Source: Planctomycetota bacterium
Lineage (GTDB): Bacteria > Planctomycetota > SZUA-567 > H5-PLA8
Length of the DNA stretch: 64,000 nt
NCBI GenBank assembly: GCA_038227875.1
Contig: JBBRPR010000013.1
Location: forward strand, 32,001 to 96,000
Reading direction: 5' to 3'
Part shown: positions 39,946 through 49,468 of the stretch, piece after piece
Layout of the letters: each line of letters opens with the position of its first letter
Position numbering within the stretch: position 1 is the first letter of the stretch
Position numbers and translations under genes: made by a program
The notes under the pieces: generated by a model
The model's database searches: none
Told to the model about the DNA's origin: nothing
Seen by the model: the letters and a program-made list of their open reading frames with translations, nothing else

Positions 39946-40851
39946 TTACTTCCGCTTCTTGAACAGTCGATTCAACAATCCGCCGGGACCTTTCGGCGTA
40001 TCCTGATGGACCACGCGTTCCAGGTCGTCGGCGAGGTCCGATCCGTCGCGGTAGCGCTTGTCGGGTTCCTTTTCCAGGCACCACAGAATCACGCGCTCGA
40101 GTTTCAAGTCGACGGTCGTCCTCATTTTGCTGGGCGGACGCGGAGGCAGGCACATCGCCATCTGCATCGTTTTCCAGGACGTTTCCGCGACGAACGGAGG
40201 CTTGCCGGTGACGAGATGGTACAGAATCGCGCCGACACTATACACGTCCGTCGCGTCGGTCAGGCGGGCCTCTTCGCCGCGCGCCTGTTCCGGGCTCATG
40301 TACGCCGGCGTGCCGACGATGCTCTGTACGTGTGGATGAACCTTCGAGCCCTTCTGCCAGCTCAGGCCCCAATCGAGCACGAACGGTTCAGTTTTGGGAT
40401 TGATGAGAATATTGCGCGGCTTCAAATCGCGGTGGATCAGCCCCTTGGAATGTGCATGCCCCAGCGCGCGGCTGACTTTTACCATGGCTTCGAGCAGGAA
40501 GGGCAGATCGACGCTTTTTTCGGTGGCGACGGCGTCCAGGCTTTTGCCTTCGATGAACGGGAAACTCAAATACGGAACGCCGTCCACTTCCCCCCGCTGC
40601 CGCAGCGCAATGATGTTCGGGTGCGAAAGCAGGCGCAGCCGCCAGGCTTCCTCCTCCATTTGCTTGCGTTGCTCATCCAGCGGCGCGGCATCCGAGGGAG
40701 CCAGTAATTTTAATGCGACAAACGCCCCATCGCGACTGTCGCGCGCGAGGAACACCGCCGCACGCGGGCCTTTTCCAATTTCCTTTTCGAGCGTGAATGG
40801 GCCGAATTCGCGAGGGAAACGGTTACGGTCTGCACGAATCCGGTGGGGCAT
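39946..40851 (-). CDS. Hanks-type Ser/Thr protein kinase (stand-alone catalytic domain)
   Basis: IGKG, VALK, HRDLKPRNIL, DWGL, GTPAYMSPEQ, DVYSVG. Confidence 0.95.
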   Translation of the reverse strand: MPHRIRADRNRFPREFGPFTLEKEIGKGPRAAVFLARDSRDGAFVALKLLAPSDAAPLDEQRKQMEEEAWRLRLLSHPNIIALRQRGEVDGVPYLSFPFIEGKSLDAVATEKSVDLPFLLEAMVKVSRALGHAHSKGLIHRDLKPRNILINPKTEPFVLDWGLSWQKGSKVHPHVQSIVGTPAYMSPEQARGEEARLTDATDVYSVGAILYHLVTGKPPFVAETSWKTMQMAMCLPPRPPSKMRTTVDLKLERVILWCLEKEPDKRYRDGSDLADDLERVVHQDTPKGPGGLLNRLFKKRK

Positions 40852-40926
40852 GATGCTTGATCTTCCAATTCAGACGGGCCGCATGCCGCTCGATAGTATC
40901 CGCTTTTCCGGCTGTGGGAACAGGTT

Positions 40927-42531
40927 TCAAACGTACTGTTTGCGGTTGATTTCGCTGTGTTTTTTCCAATGAACATCATCGGTTTTGGGAAAATCGCTGC
41001 GCTGATGCGCACCGCGTGATTCTTCGCGCTTCATCCCCGCACGCAGGATCATCTGCGCACATCCGAGCATGTTCTGGAGTTCCAATCCGGCGACCGAGGT
41101 GAACTCCTCGGCCAGCACGTACTTCTGCCAGAAGTCCAGCATCTGCAGCGCGCTGGTCATCAACTCCGCATTGCGCACCAATCCCGCCGAACGGCTGACG
41201 AGACTGCGCAGCGAATTGCGGACGTCCCAGACATCCAGCGGCAAATTGTCCTTCTCGGATACCGGCCGGATCCACTTTTCCGGGAACGACGGCTGCGATC
41301 CCGAGGCGAGTTTCACCGCCTGCAGCCCCGCTTCGTGACCGAAAACGAGTCCTTCGAGCAGCGAATTCGAAGCGAGCCGATTCGCGCCGTGCACGCCGAC
41401 ACTCGACACTTCGCCCGCGGCCAGCAAGCGATGCACGTCCGTGTGTGTCTCCAAATCCGTGCGCACGCCGCCCATCATATAATGGCACGCGGGCCGCACG
41501 GGAATGCGGTCTTTCATCGGATCGAGGCGGTACTGCGCCAGCATTTTGCAGAGATTGGGGAAGCGCGTCTGGATCATGTTGGGATCGAGATGAGCCATGG
41601 ACAAGAACACATGCGTCGCGCCAGTTGAGATGATTTCCGAATACATCGACCGGGCCACGACATCGCGCGGAGCCAATTCTCCGCGCTCGTCGTAACGCGA
41701 CATGAAGCGCTCGCCCTTGATGTTGAGCAGATGCGCGCCTTCGCCCCGGACGGCTTCGGTGATCAGATGGCGCTTGGCGCCGGCCAGATAAAGCGTGGTC
41801 GGGTGGAATTGCACGAACTCCATGTCCTGCAGCGTCGCGCCCGCGCGCAAGGCGATGGCGAAGCCGTCGCCTGTGGCGACTTCGGGGTTCGTGGTCTCGC
41901 GGTAGATCTGGCCCAGTCCGCCGGTCGCCAGAATCGTGGCCTTGGCTTCAATTTTCAGCAGCTTTCCGGTTTTGGCATCCAGCACGACCGCGCCGTAACA
42001 GACGTTGTTCTTGTGGAGCAGATCGACGCAGAAGTTGTTCTCGAGAATCGTGATGTTGGGATGGTTGCGGAGTTTGCCGATCATGCTGACTTCAATCGCG
42101 CGGCCCGTCGCGTCGCCGTCAGCGTGAATAATGCGATTGTGCGAGTGCCCGCCTTCCAGCGTCAACGCAATCTTCCCGTTCTCGCGGTCAAACGGTGTAC
42201 CCCATTCGATCAACTCGCGCACGCGGCCGGGGCCTTCAGTGACGAGCTTCCGCACCGCATCCTCGTCGCACAAACCCGCGCCGGCAATCAGCGTGTCGCT
42301 CAAATGAGCTTCGATGTCGGCGCCGCCTTCCAAGCTGACAGCGACGCCGCCCTGCGCGTAGTAGGTGTTCGATTCCTGCAGAATGTTTTTGGTGATCAAC
42401 ATCACCGATGCGTCTTCAGCAGCGACAACGGCCGCTGAGATTGCAGCGATGCCCGAGCCGATGATCAGCACGTCCGGTGAAAACGACGGCACGCGCCGCA
42501 GGTCCAGCTCGATCAGGAATTGTTCTTTCAT
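40927..42531 (-). CDS. nadB: L-aspartate oxidase
   Basis: IIGSGIA, YAQGGVA, EGGHS..RI.H, QFHPT, LAPRDVVAR, HY.MGG, GVHGANRLASNSLLEG, ESRGAH. Confidence 0.95.
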   Translation of the reverse strand: MKEQFLIELDLRRVPSFSPDVLIIGSGIAAISAAVVAAEDASVMLITKNILQESNTYYAQGGVAVSLEGGADIEAHLSDTLIAGAGLCDEDAVRKLVTEGPGRVRELIEWGTPFDRENGKIALTLEGGHSHNRIIHADGDATGRAIEVSMIGKLRNHPNITILENNFCVDLLHKNNVCYGAVVLDAKTGKLLKIEAKATILATGGLGQIYRETTNPEVATGDGFAIALRAGATLQDMEFVQFHPTTLYLAGAKRHLITEAVRGEGAHLLNIKGERFMSRYDERGELAPRDVVARSMYSEIISTGATHVFLSMAHLDPNMIQTRFPNLCKMLAQYRLDPMKDRIPVRPACHYMMGGVRTDLETHTDVHRLLAAGEVSSVGVHGANRLASNSLLEGLVFGHEAGLQAVKLASGSQPSFPEKWIRPVSEKDNLPLDVWDVRNSLRSLVSRSAGLVRNAELMTSALQMLDFWQKYVLAEEFTSVAGLELQNMLGCAQMILRAGMKREESRGAHQRSDFPKTDDVHWKKHSEINRKQYV

Positions 42532-42649
42532 GGCGTTGGTGGCGCGCGATGGAGACGCCCGCCCGCAGAGCTCCCGGTGAGGGTCCTACCGTTCTGTCCA
42601 ATTTTTAACCGTTGAAGAAGGGTGCGTAAAGGAGAGGTCTGGCATCGGG

Positions 42650-42693
42650 TGTTGAAAATTTACCAGTTTGTACCCCGTTGTAAATTTGCAACA
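42650..42693. promoter_or_regulatory. 14-bp inverted repeat upstream of nadB (operator or terminator)
   Basis: TGTTGAAAATTTAC...GTAAATTTGCAACA, 13/14 match, 16-nt spacer. Confidence 0.45.
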
Positions 42694-42710
42694 GGGATAC
42701 CCCGCTCGAA

Positions 42711-44888
42711 TTATTCAGACTTCGGCTTCTGATCCCACTCCGTCCACGCGTACAATGTAGAACGCTGAATGCCGAGCGCCTTGGCAGTCTTGGTCTTGTT
42801 GCCGCTGAATTGTTCGAGTACCCAGCGCGCGTACTCCACCTGCAACTGTTCGAGCGAACGGATCGCATCGGGATCGACCTGAAACGCACCATCCTTGATT
42901 TCCGCCACTGGCGCATCGCCCTTTTTTGTCTCACTCGGCTTTGCCGTCGACTCCGTGAGCAGCGGTCCGATCGCCACGGCGCGGCGGATGTCCAGCGGTA
43001 CGTCCGCAGCCGTCAGCTGCGTCACGGCCGCGCGCGCAGCTTCGCCCGCAAGTGGACGGGCCATCACGGCCATCCGCTCCAGCGTATTGCGGAGTTCGCG
43101 TATGTTTCCCGGCCAGCGGTACGCGCGGAAAATGTCGAGTACCTCCGGATGCAGACGGAATGAACCAAACGGTTCGAGCAGGTGTTCGCAGAGCAGCGTC
43201 AGATCGTCAAGCCGGTCGCGGAGCGGCGGCAGAACGACGTCCATGACGCGGAGGCGGTAGTACAAGTCCGCGCGGAAACGCCCGGCCTTGACTTCTTCCT
43301 CCAGGTTGCGATTGGTCGCGGCAACGATGCGGCAATCGACTTCGCGCAACCGCGATTCGCCCACGCGCGCGACTTTGGATTCTTCCAGCACGCGCAGCAG
43401 GCGCGTCTGCGCGTTGAGCGGGAGTTCGCCGATTTCGTCGAGAAACAGCGTCCCGTGCGAGGCCTGTTCGAAACAGCCCATGCGATTGGCGACCGCGCCG
43501 GTGAACGCGCCGCGCGCGTGGCCGAACAATTCCGACTCGATCAGGTTTTCCGGCAGCGCGCCGCAGTTGATCGCTTCAAACGGTCCGGCGCGGCGCTTCG
43601 ACAGCGTGTGGATGGAACGCGCCACGAGTTCCTTGCCGGTGCCGCTCTCGCCGAGAACCAGGATCGACGAATCGGTCTGCGCAACGCGTTCAACCACGGA
43701 AAGCACCGCGACGATCGGCTTCGACTTCCCGACGATCTGATAGCGGTCGGCGACGCTTTTGCGCAGCCGTTCATTTTCGCTAAGCACCGTCTGGCGGCGA
43801 CGTAGGTTTCCGAGCAGATTGCCGAGCGGATAGGCCGCTGCCGCGACGAATTCCAAGTGAGCTTCGGTAAACGGGCCGGAGAGCTTTTTGCCGACATGAA
43901 ACGGTTTGTAGAGGCGTTCGACGGCCAGAAAGCCCAGCACACCCCGCCCTGCCAACAGCGGACTGACAACCAGCGAAATGTGTTCTCGCTCGTCGGGCGC
44001 GGCCACTTTGGTGCCCGACTTGGGCTCATCGAATTTCTTCCGCGAGCGCGTGCCTGACGCGCGCTCGTCGTGCTCCACATCCCGCGACAGCACCGCCACG
44101 CAGCGCTCCCGCGCATAGGCAATCAGGCGCATGCGCGATTGCGTGAGTTTCGGGTCGAGAATCCGTGTTTCCTGAGTGCGGCGGTCGAGCGGCGACCAGG
44201 CTACAAAATCGTGAGCTGGGCCGTCGTTGGAGCCCGGGGGGCGGTCTTCGTTGGCGACCTCGAAAAGAATGCGCACGCGGCTGCCCGGCAGCGCTTCGGA
44301 AAGAATGCGCGTGGCGGTCGCGAACAATTCGTCTTCCGAATCGCTGGTGTTGGCTTCGCGCAGCAGCGAATACAGGCTGCGCAGCCAGACGCCGTATTCC
44401 GAAACGCCCGACGGCGCGGCGCGGATGGTCGAGGCTTGTATGTCCGGAGTGCGCAGGCCGAAGCGTTCGACCGGAACAAAGACCGCGCCCTGCGGCGCTG
44501 GTGTCGGGCGCTCAGCGGCCTGAGTTTTTACGATCATGCGCGAGGGCCGTGTCTTTGGATTTACGGGTTCCTGGACTTCGTCTGCGTCCGTGTAGGCCGC
44601 GGGAGTGCTGCGCGTGAACAACAGCGAGGCCTCGCCGATGCTGATCTCCTCGCCGTCCTGAAGTGAAACTTCTGATTCGATGCGCTGTCCAGCCAGTAGC
44701 GTGCCGTTGGTGGAATCCAGATCCGTCAGCAGAAAGCGCCCGTTGACCTCGCGGATCTGCGCGTGGCGCTTGCTGGCCATCGGGTCGGTGACAACGATGT
44801 CACAGGTCGTGCCGCGGCCGATGACCGTGTTTTCCGCGAGCCGGAAGACGCGTTGCGCCCCGTTTTCGCGCACGCTCAAAAAACTCAT
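42711..44888 (-). CDS. FHA-GAF-sigma54 enhancer-binding protein with Fis-type HTH
   Basis: FHA IGRG...SKRHA...STNGT; GESGTGKE; ESELFGH..GAFTGA; FLDEIG; WPGNIREL; C-terminal HTH. Confidence 0.95.
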   Translation of the reverse strand: MSFLSVRENGAQRVFRLAENTVIGRGTTCDIVVTDPMASKRHAQIREVNGRFLLTDLDSTNGTLLAGQRIESEVSLQDGEEISIGEASLLFTRSTPAAYTDADEVQEPVNPKTRPSRMIVKTQAAERPTPAPQGAVFVPVERFGLRTPDIQASTIRAAPSGVSEYGVWLRSLYSLLREANTSDSEDELFATATRILSEALPGSRVRILFEVANEDRPPGSNDGPAHDFVAWSPLDRRTQETRILDPKLTQSRMRLIAYARERCVAVLSRDVEHDERASGTRSRKKFDEPKSGTKVAAPDEREHISLVVSPLLAGRGVLGFLAVERLYKPFHVGKKLSGPFTEAHLEFVAAAAYPLGNLLGNLRRRQTVLSENERLRKSVADRYQIVGKSKPIVAVLSVVERVAQTDSSILVLGESGTGKELVARSIHTLSKRRAGPFEAINCGALPENLIESELFGHARGAFTGAVANRMGCFEQASHGTLFLDEIGELPLNAQTRLLRVLEESKVARVGESRLREVDCRIVAATNRNLEEEVKAGRFRADLYYRLRVMDVVLPPLRDRLDDLTLLCEHLLEPFGSFRLHPEVLDIFRAYRWPGNIRELRNTLERMAVMARPLAGEAARAAVTQLTAADVPLDIRRAVAIGPLLTESTAKPSETKKGDAPVAEIKDGAFQVDPDAIRSLEQLQVEYARWVLEQFSGNKTKTAKALGIQRSTLYAWTEWDQKPKSE

Positions 44889-45116
44889 CGGAGCGGCCCG
44901 GCACTGGAGAAAGAAGAATGCATGCGCGTACTAGACCGTCTTCCGCGCAATGTGTCAAGTACGTGTACCGCAGGCAGAGAGTGCATCACGACGGCAGGTT
45001 GCTGGCGATACGCCAGAATTTTGCAAAACTTTCACCTCAAAACAATCTATTGCGCCCCGCAAAACGTACTAAGATGGGCGAAACTGTGCCGATCTGTTAG
45101 GAGTTCATCTCAAGAC

Positions 45117-46268
45117 GTGGAACTGTTGACGCTTGCCGTTGGCTGCCTGGCCGGACTTGTTGCGCTGGCCACCACGCCGCTGATGCGGGCGCTGGCGATC
45201 CGCATCGGATTCGTCGACAAACCCGGCGAACGCAAAATTCACACGCGCGAAATCGCCTACGGCGGCGGCGTCGCGGTGGCGGCCGCGTTTGGTGTTTCGC
45301 TCGCCGCGGCCTTCGCGGCGCAGCAGCGCTGGCTTAATATTCCATTCGAACAGGACAAGGTCCGCGTGCCCGTGCTGATCATCGTCGGCTGCGGTGCGAT
45401 TGGCGCGCTGCTGCTGGGCCTGGTCGACGACAAGGTTCGCCTCTCTCCGTACGCAAAACTGATCGGCCAATTCGTGCTCGCCATCGCCGCGGTTGCTGGC
45501 GGCGTGCGCATCACGGCGTTCATCGGCGATGGATTACTGATGCAGACGGTTACCGTTTTCTGGATCGTCGCGATCACCAACAGTTTCAATCTGCTCGACA
45601 ACATGGACGGACTCTGCTCGGGCACGGTCGCCATCGCCGCCGCGATGCTCGCGCTGGTGGCGCTTGATACCGCTAATTGGACGATGACCGTCGTGCTCGC
45701 GGCGCTCTGCGGCTCCTTCTGCGGGTTCTGGGTCTTCAACCGCGCGCCAGCGTCAATTTTCCTCGGTGATGCCGGATCGCTTTTTGCTGGTTTCATGATG
45801 GCCTGCGCGACAGCGCTGGTCACTTACTACCGCGTCTCGCGGCCCAGTCATCTGGCCATCGGCATCCCCGTGCTCATTCTCGCGATTCCTCTGTACGACA
45901 CGATTTCGGTCGTCGTGATTCGCATCAAGGAAGGCCGGCCGATCATGCGCGGCGATACGTCGCATTTCTCGCATCGGCTTGTCGATCTGGGCATGACGCG
46001 GCGGCAGGCGGTCACGACGGTGCATCTGGCGTGTCTGGCGATTGGATTGCCGGCGGTGGTGCTGGGGCAGCTTTCCGAAGAGCGCGGATTGCTCATTATC
46101 TGTCAGGCGTTGCTGGTGCTGACCATGGTCGCGCTGCTGGAACGCGCCGCGCGCAACCGCACGGAGCCGGTATTCCGTAAGCCGCCGCAGCAAGCGACGC
46201 CGCTCGACGACAAAAATCTCGCGCCGCCGGTGAATTCCGGAAGTGAAAATGTCCGCAACGACTCCTGA
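45117..46268 (+). CDS. MraY/WecA-family polyprenyl-phosphate HexNAc-1-phosphate transferase
   Basis: DKPGERKIH, LGLVDD, NSFNLLDNMDGL, IFLGDAGS, HFSHRL. Start estimated. Confidence 0.9.
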   Translation: MELLTLAVGCLAGLVALATTPLMRALAIRIGFVDKPGERKIHTREIAYGGGVAVAAAFGVSLAAAFAAQQRWLNIPFEQDKVRVPVLIIVGCGAIGALLLGLVDDKVRLSPYAKLIGQFVLAIAAVAGGVRITAFIGDGLLMQTVTVFWIVAITNSFNLLDNMDGLCSGTVAIAAAMLALVALDTANWTMTVVLAALCGSFCGFWVFNRAPASIFLGDAGSLFAGFMMACATALVTYYRVSRPSHLAIGIPVLILAIPLYDTISVVVIRIKEGRPIMRGDTSHFSHRLVDLGMTRRQAVTTVHLACLAIGLPAVVLGQLSEERGLLIICQALLVLTMVALLERAARNRTEPVFRKPPQQATPLDDKNLAPPVNSGSENVRNDS

Positions 46269-48939
46269 GAATTCAACCTCTACTTCAGTGCCTGAAAAGC
46301 GGCCCGCATCATTGGGCTCCGCATTGGGGTTGGGCGTCACGATGCTCGGCGCGATCTTCATCGTCGTCCGGCCGGGTAGCCAATTCACACCCTACGCTGG
46401 CGAAGCGGCGTTTGCCGGCATTGTTGCGTTCATGTTCGCGCTGTTTGTGGCCATGAAGGCATTTACGTCGCCATTGACCGTGTTGTTGCAGCGCCCACTT
46501 GCGATCGTGCTATTGGCGTGGCTGGCGTTGATCGGCTTCGGGCTCGCGCATTCGCCAAATCTGGGAGCGGGAGTTCCCGTGGCATCGGACGCGGGTGGCT
46601 ACGTCCTGCTGCTGCTGTGCGGATTTTTGCTCGCGAGACTTGAGCCGTCGCTAGTTTCACTCTTCACGCGAGCGCTGATCGGCATGTGCGCCGTTGAAGC
46701 GTTTGCGGCGATCTGGCAATGCATCATCGACCTCCCCCAACTCCGCGTGCAGATAGCCAACGGTAAAGTGGCGCTGCCGCATGAACTGCAGACGGGCCTG
46801 GCGGCGGCTCGCATCGCCGGAAATCTGGGCTACGGTTCATTCGCGAATCCCAATTCGCTGGCCGGGTTTCTGCTGATCGGAATTTTCCTGCTGCTGGGTC
46901 TGCTCTGGAGCCGCAAGCGCGCCGATACGGGCGAGCCTGCGAGCAGTTCCGTGGCGGCACAGATTCCCGGCTGGTTTATTCTGGCCCTGCTCGTCGGCGG
47001 CCTTGGATACAGCGGATCGAAGGGCGGATTTTTTGCGGCGCTCGCCGGGGCATGTTTCTTCGCCGCGCAAAAGGTTTCTGCAGATCGTCCGGCGCTCCGC
47101 CGAAAGTTGGCGCTCACCACCTTTATAGGGGTAGGCGCGGCCGTGGCGCTACTCGCCATCGGCACCGCTGGCTGGCTGGGCGCGAAGCCTTTCGGGCTAT
47201 CGATGGAAGTGCGGCTGGATTATTGGCGCTCTGCGTTCGGCATGTGGAAGTCGCATCCGCTGGGCGGCGTGGGTCTCGCGGGATTCGCGGATTACTATCC
47301 GTTTTTCAAAATGCCGCTCGGCGAGGAAGTGAAAGACGCGCACAACGACTATGTTCAGTTCGCGGCGGAACTGGGCATTCTGGGACCGCTGTTTTTTGGC
47401 GCGTTGTGGTGGCTGACATTGAAGCCCGGCCGCGAGCAGGTCGAAATTCCGCCTGAGCCGGATCTCGAACGCGCGAAACTGCTGGAACTATCGCTGATCA
47501 TCGGCGGCGTGCTTGCCTTCGTGTTGATGGACGGCGGATTTATGTGGTTCAATTCTGCCGACGCACTGAATGTGATTCACGGCCACCTCGATAAAGCAGC
47601 AGCGATCGGAGCATTTCACACGCTGGCGCTGCCATTCATTTTCGCCTGTGTAGTGATTGCGCTCCGTCCCCGGTTCGAAACTCTGGCTTGGTCGTTCGGC
47701 GCGCGAGCGGCGGTGGGTGCGGTCCTGGTGCATCAGCTGGTGGACTTCGATTTCCGTTCCCCTGCTACCATGGGCGGAATTTTTCTGATCGGCGGCATGC
47801 TGGCGTCGCTGCAACAAACGCCTCCAGAATCTTCCCCAGTTAAATCCAAACGCGCAGCGGCAACGGTGCTGTTACTCGCGCTGCTGCTGTTTCCGGCGAT
47901 GGTGTGGATTCCGATCAATTCCAGCAGTCCGCGCGCCAACGCCTCCGACATGGAATCCGAGATCCAGGATCAGACGCGCCTGGCCGCGTTGACTCCTGAT
48001 TCCGTCGACGCGCAACGCGCTCAGCAGATGCGCCAGGATATTTTCGACGAACGCAAACGCGCCCGCGATGCTACACCTTTCGACGCTGAGGCATGGATCG
48101 ATCTTGGATTTGCGTACGATCTGCTGCCAGACGCGTCGACGTCCAATCGCAAGGCCGCTTTGGAATGCTTCGAAAAAGCAGAGCAACTCCGGCCTGTCTC
48201 GCCGCTGCCGAAGCTTACACTCGCTCAATTTTATACGCGACATGCCTTTGAGGCGCTGCAGGCCAGGGACGCACAGGCCGACGACTATTTTCAGCACGCA
48301 GAGAAATACTACGCAGCCGCCGCGGAACGCTACCCGCTCCATCCGGGCATCCGGCTGTGGCAGGGCGATTCCGCAATGATGATTGGCAATGCGGCATCGG
48401 CCGCGGACGCGTACGCGCAGGCGTTGGCGGTTGACCTCGGCATTGAAGACACCAGCGTGCGCCTCAGCGCGATCTTTACCGATCCCCGCCCGGGCGCGTT
48501 TGCGCGACACGGCAACGACATTGCCGTGCGCAAGCTCATCGACCGGGAACTCGCTGACGAAAAGTCAGCCGCGAAATTGAACCCCAAACAGAAACAAGGT
48601 CTGCTCGTCCGCCGCATGGTCGCGCTGGCCTGGCTGCTTCACGAGCATGAGCAGCATCATGTGCTCGAGGCGAAGGATGTCAGCCGCACGCGCGATGAAC
48701 TGCTCGGCACCACGGAGAAATTGGTGTCGGGTACTGACGATCCAGCCGAACGCGCTCACTTGGCGCTCTTCCGCGCATTGGCGTATCGCATCATCGATGG
48801 TGAGAAGAATTTTACGGACGCCGCCAAAGCCGCGTGGACGGAAGCACGCGCACTCCAGCAAAAATCAATCGAATCCGGTCGACCGGGAACGCCTGAACGG
48901 ACATTCCAATCCATCCAAAATTTGTATGGCCCAAAATAG
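46249..48939 (+). CDS. O-antigen ligase (Wzy_C)-family membrane protein with C-terminal TPR region
   Basis: GSFANPNSLAG, SGSKGG, R..YW, HPLGGVG, AHNDYVQFAAELG; many TM segments; helical TPR-like tail; overlaps the upstream gene. Confidence 0.85.
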   Translation: MSATTPENSTSTSVPEKRPASLGSALGLGVTMLGAIFIVVRPGSQFTPYAGEAAFAGIVAFMFALFVAMKAFTSPLTVLLQRPLAIVLLAWLALIGFGLAHSPNLGAGVPVASDAGGYVLLLLCGFLLARLEPSLVSLFTRALIGMCAVEAFAAIWQCIIDLPQLRVQIANGKVALPHELQTGLAAARIAGNLGYGSFANPNSLAGFLLIGIFLLLGLLWSRKRADTGEPASSSVAAQIPGWFILALLVGGLGYSGSKGGFFAALAGACFFAAQKVSADRPALRRKLALTTFIGVGAAVALLAIGTAGWLGAKPFGLSMEVRLDYWRSAFGMWKSHPLGGVGLAGFADYYPFFKMPLGEEVKDAHNDYVQFAAELGILGPLFFGALWWLTLKPGREQVEIPPEPDLERAKLLELSLIIGGVLAFVLMDGGFMWFNSADALNVIHGHLDKAAAIGAFHTLALPFIFACVVIALRPRFETLAWSFGARAAVGAVLVHQLVDFDFRSPATMGGIFLIGGMLASLQQTPPESSPVKSKRAAATVLLLALLLFPAMVWIPINSSSPRANASDMESEIQDQTRLAALTPDSVDAQRAQQMRQDIFDERKRARDATPFDAEAWIDLGFAYDLLPDASTSNRKAALECFEKAEQLRPVSPLPKLTLAQFYTRHAFEALQARDAQADDYFQHAEKYYAAAAERYPLHPGIRLWQGDSAMMIGNAASAADAYAQALAVDLGIEDTSVRLSAIFTDPRPGAFARHGNDIAVRKLIDRELADEKSAAKLNPKQKQGLLVRRMVALAWLLHEHEQHHVLEAKDVSRTRDELLGTTEKLVSGTDDPAERAHLALFRALAYRIIDGEKNFTDAAKAAWTEARALQQKSIESGRPGTPERTFQSIQNLYGPK

Positions 48940-48968
48940 CGAATGCGCGAGATCAAAAAACCAACTGT

Positions 48969-49394
48969 TCACGTGCCCGCACGAACCAACAACAATGGAA
49001 TCTTCGAATCGTGCCGCACTCGTTCAATTGTGCTGCCGAGCAGAAGGTCGGCGAAAAGTTTGTGCCCGTGGGTGGTCATCGCGATCAGGTTGCACTCTTC
49101 CGCGGTGGCCGTCTTCAAGATTTGATCAGGCGGATTGCCCAGCGCGAGCACGGTTTTTACGGTCAGTCCGCTTTCGCGCATCTGCGCGGCGACTTTTTCA
49201 AGGTACTCGCGATCGGACTTCATCTCTTCCGATTCGGCCATCTGGAGCGAATCGAAATTTCGAGCGACCCAGCCATCTGCAACGTGGACGAGCAGCAACT
49301 CCGATTTGAGCAGCCCCGCCAGTTGCGTGATTTCGCTGATCACACACGCATCACGCGAGCTATGTTCCAGCGCTACCAGAATCTTTCGATACAT
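48969..49394 (-). CDS. Universal stress protein
   Basis: MYRKILVALE, LLLVHV, G.PPDQI, LIAMTTHGH, LLGST.ERVRH. Confidence 0.93.
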   Translation of the reverse strand: MYRKILVALEHSSRDACVISEITQLAGLLKSELLLVHVADGWVARNFDSLQMAESEEMKSDREYLEKVAAQMRESGLTVKTVLALGNPPDQILKTATAEECNLIAMTTHGHKLFADLLLGSTIERVRHDSKIPLLLVRAGT

Positions 49395-49468
49395 GTCCGA
49401 CTCCCCCATATAAGGAAGGGAGAGTCTAAAAGGGCGGCAGTGAATTGCGAGGATTACCGCAAAAAAAG

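Noticed and set aside
42640..42657. TGGCATCGGGTGTTGAA as a sigma54 promoter
   Set aside because: No GC at the -12 position and wrong orientation for nadB.
44763..45116. N-terminal extensions of ORF-track calls (also at 7525, 15101, 36462, 60618, 61895, 62431)
   Set aside because: Downstream starts fit RBS position, ATGA coupling and family N-termini better.
48969..49394. USP gene as part of a larger system
   Set aside because: Ordinary stand-alone USP with no linked transporter in the window.
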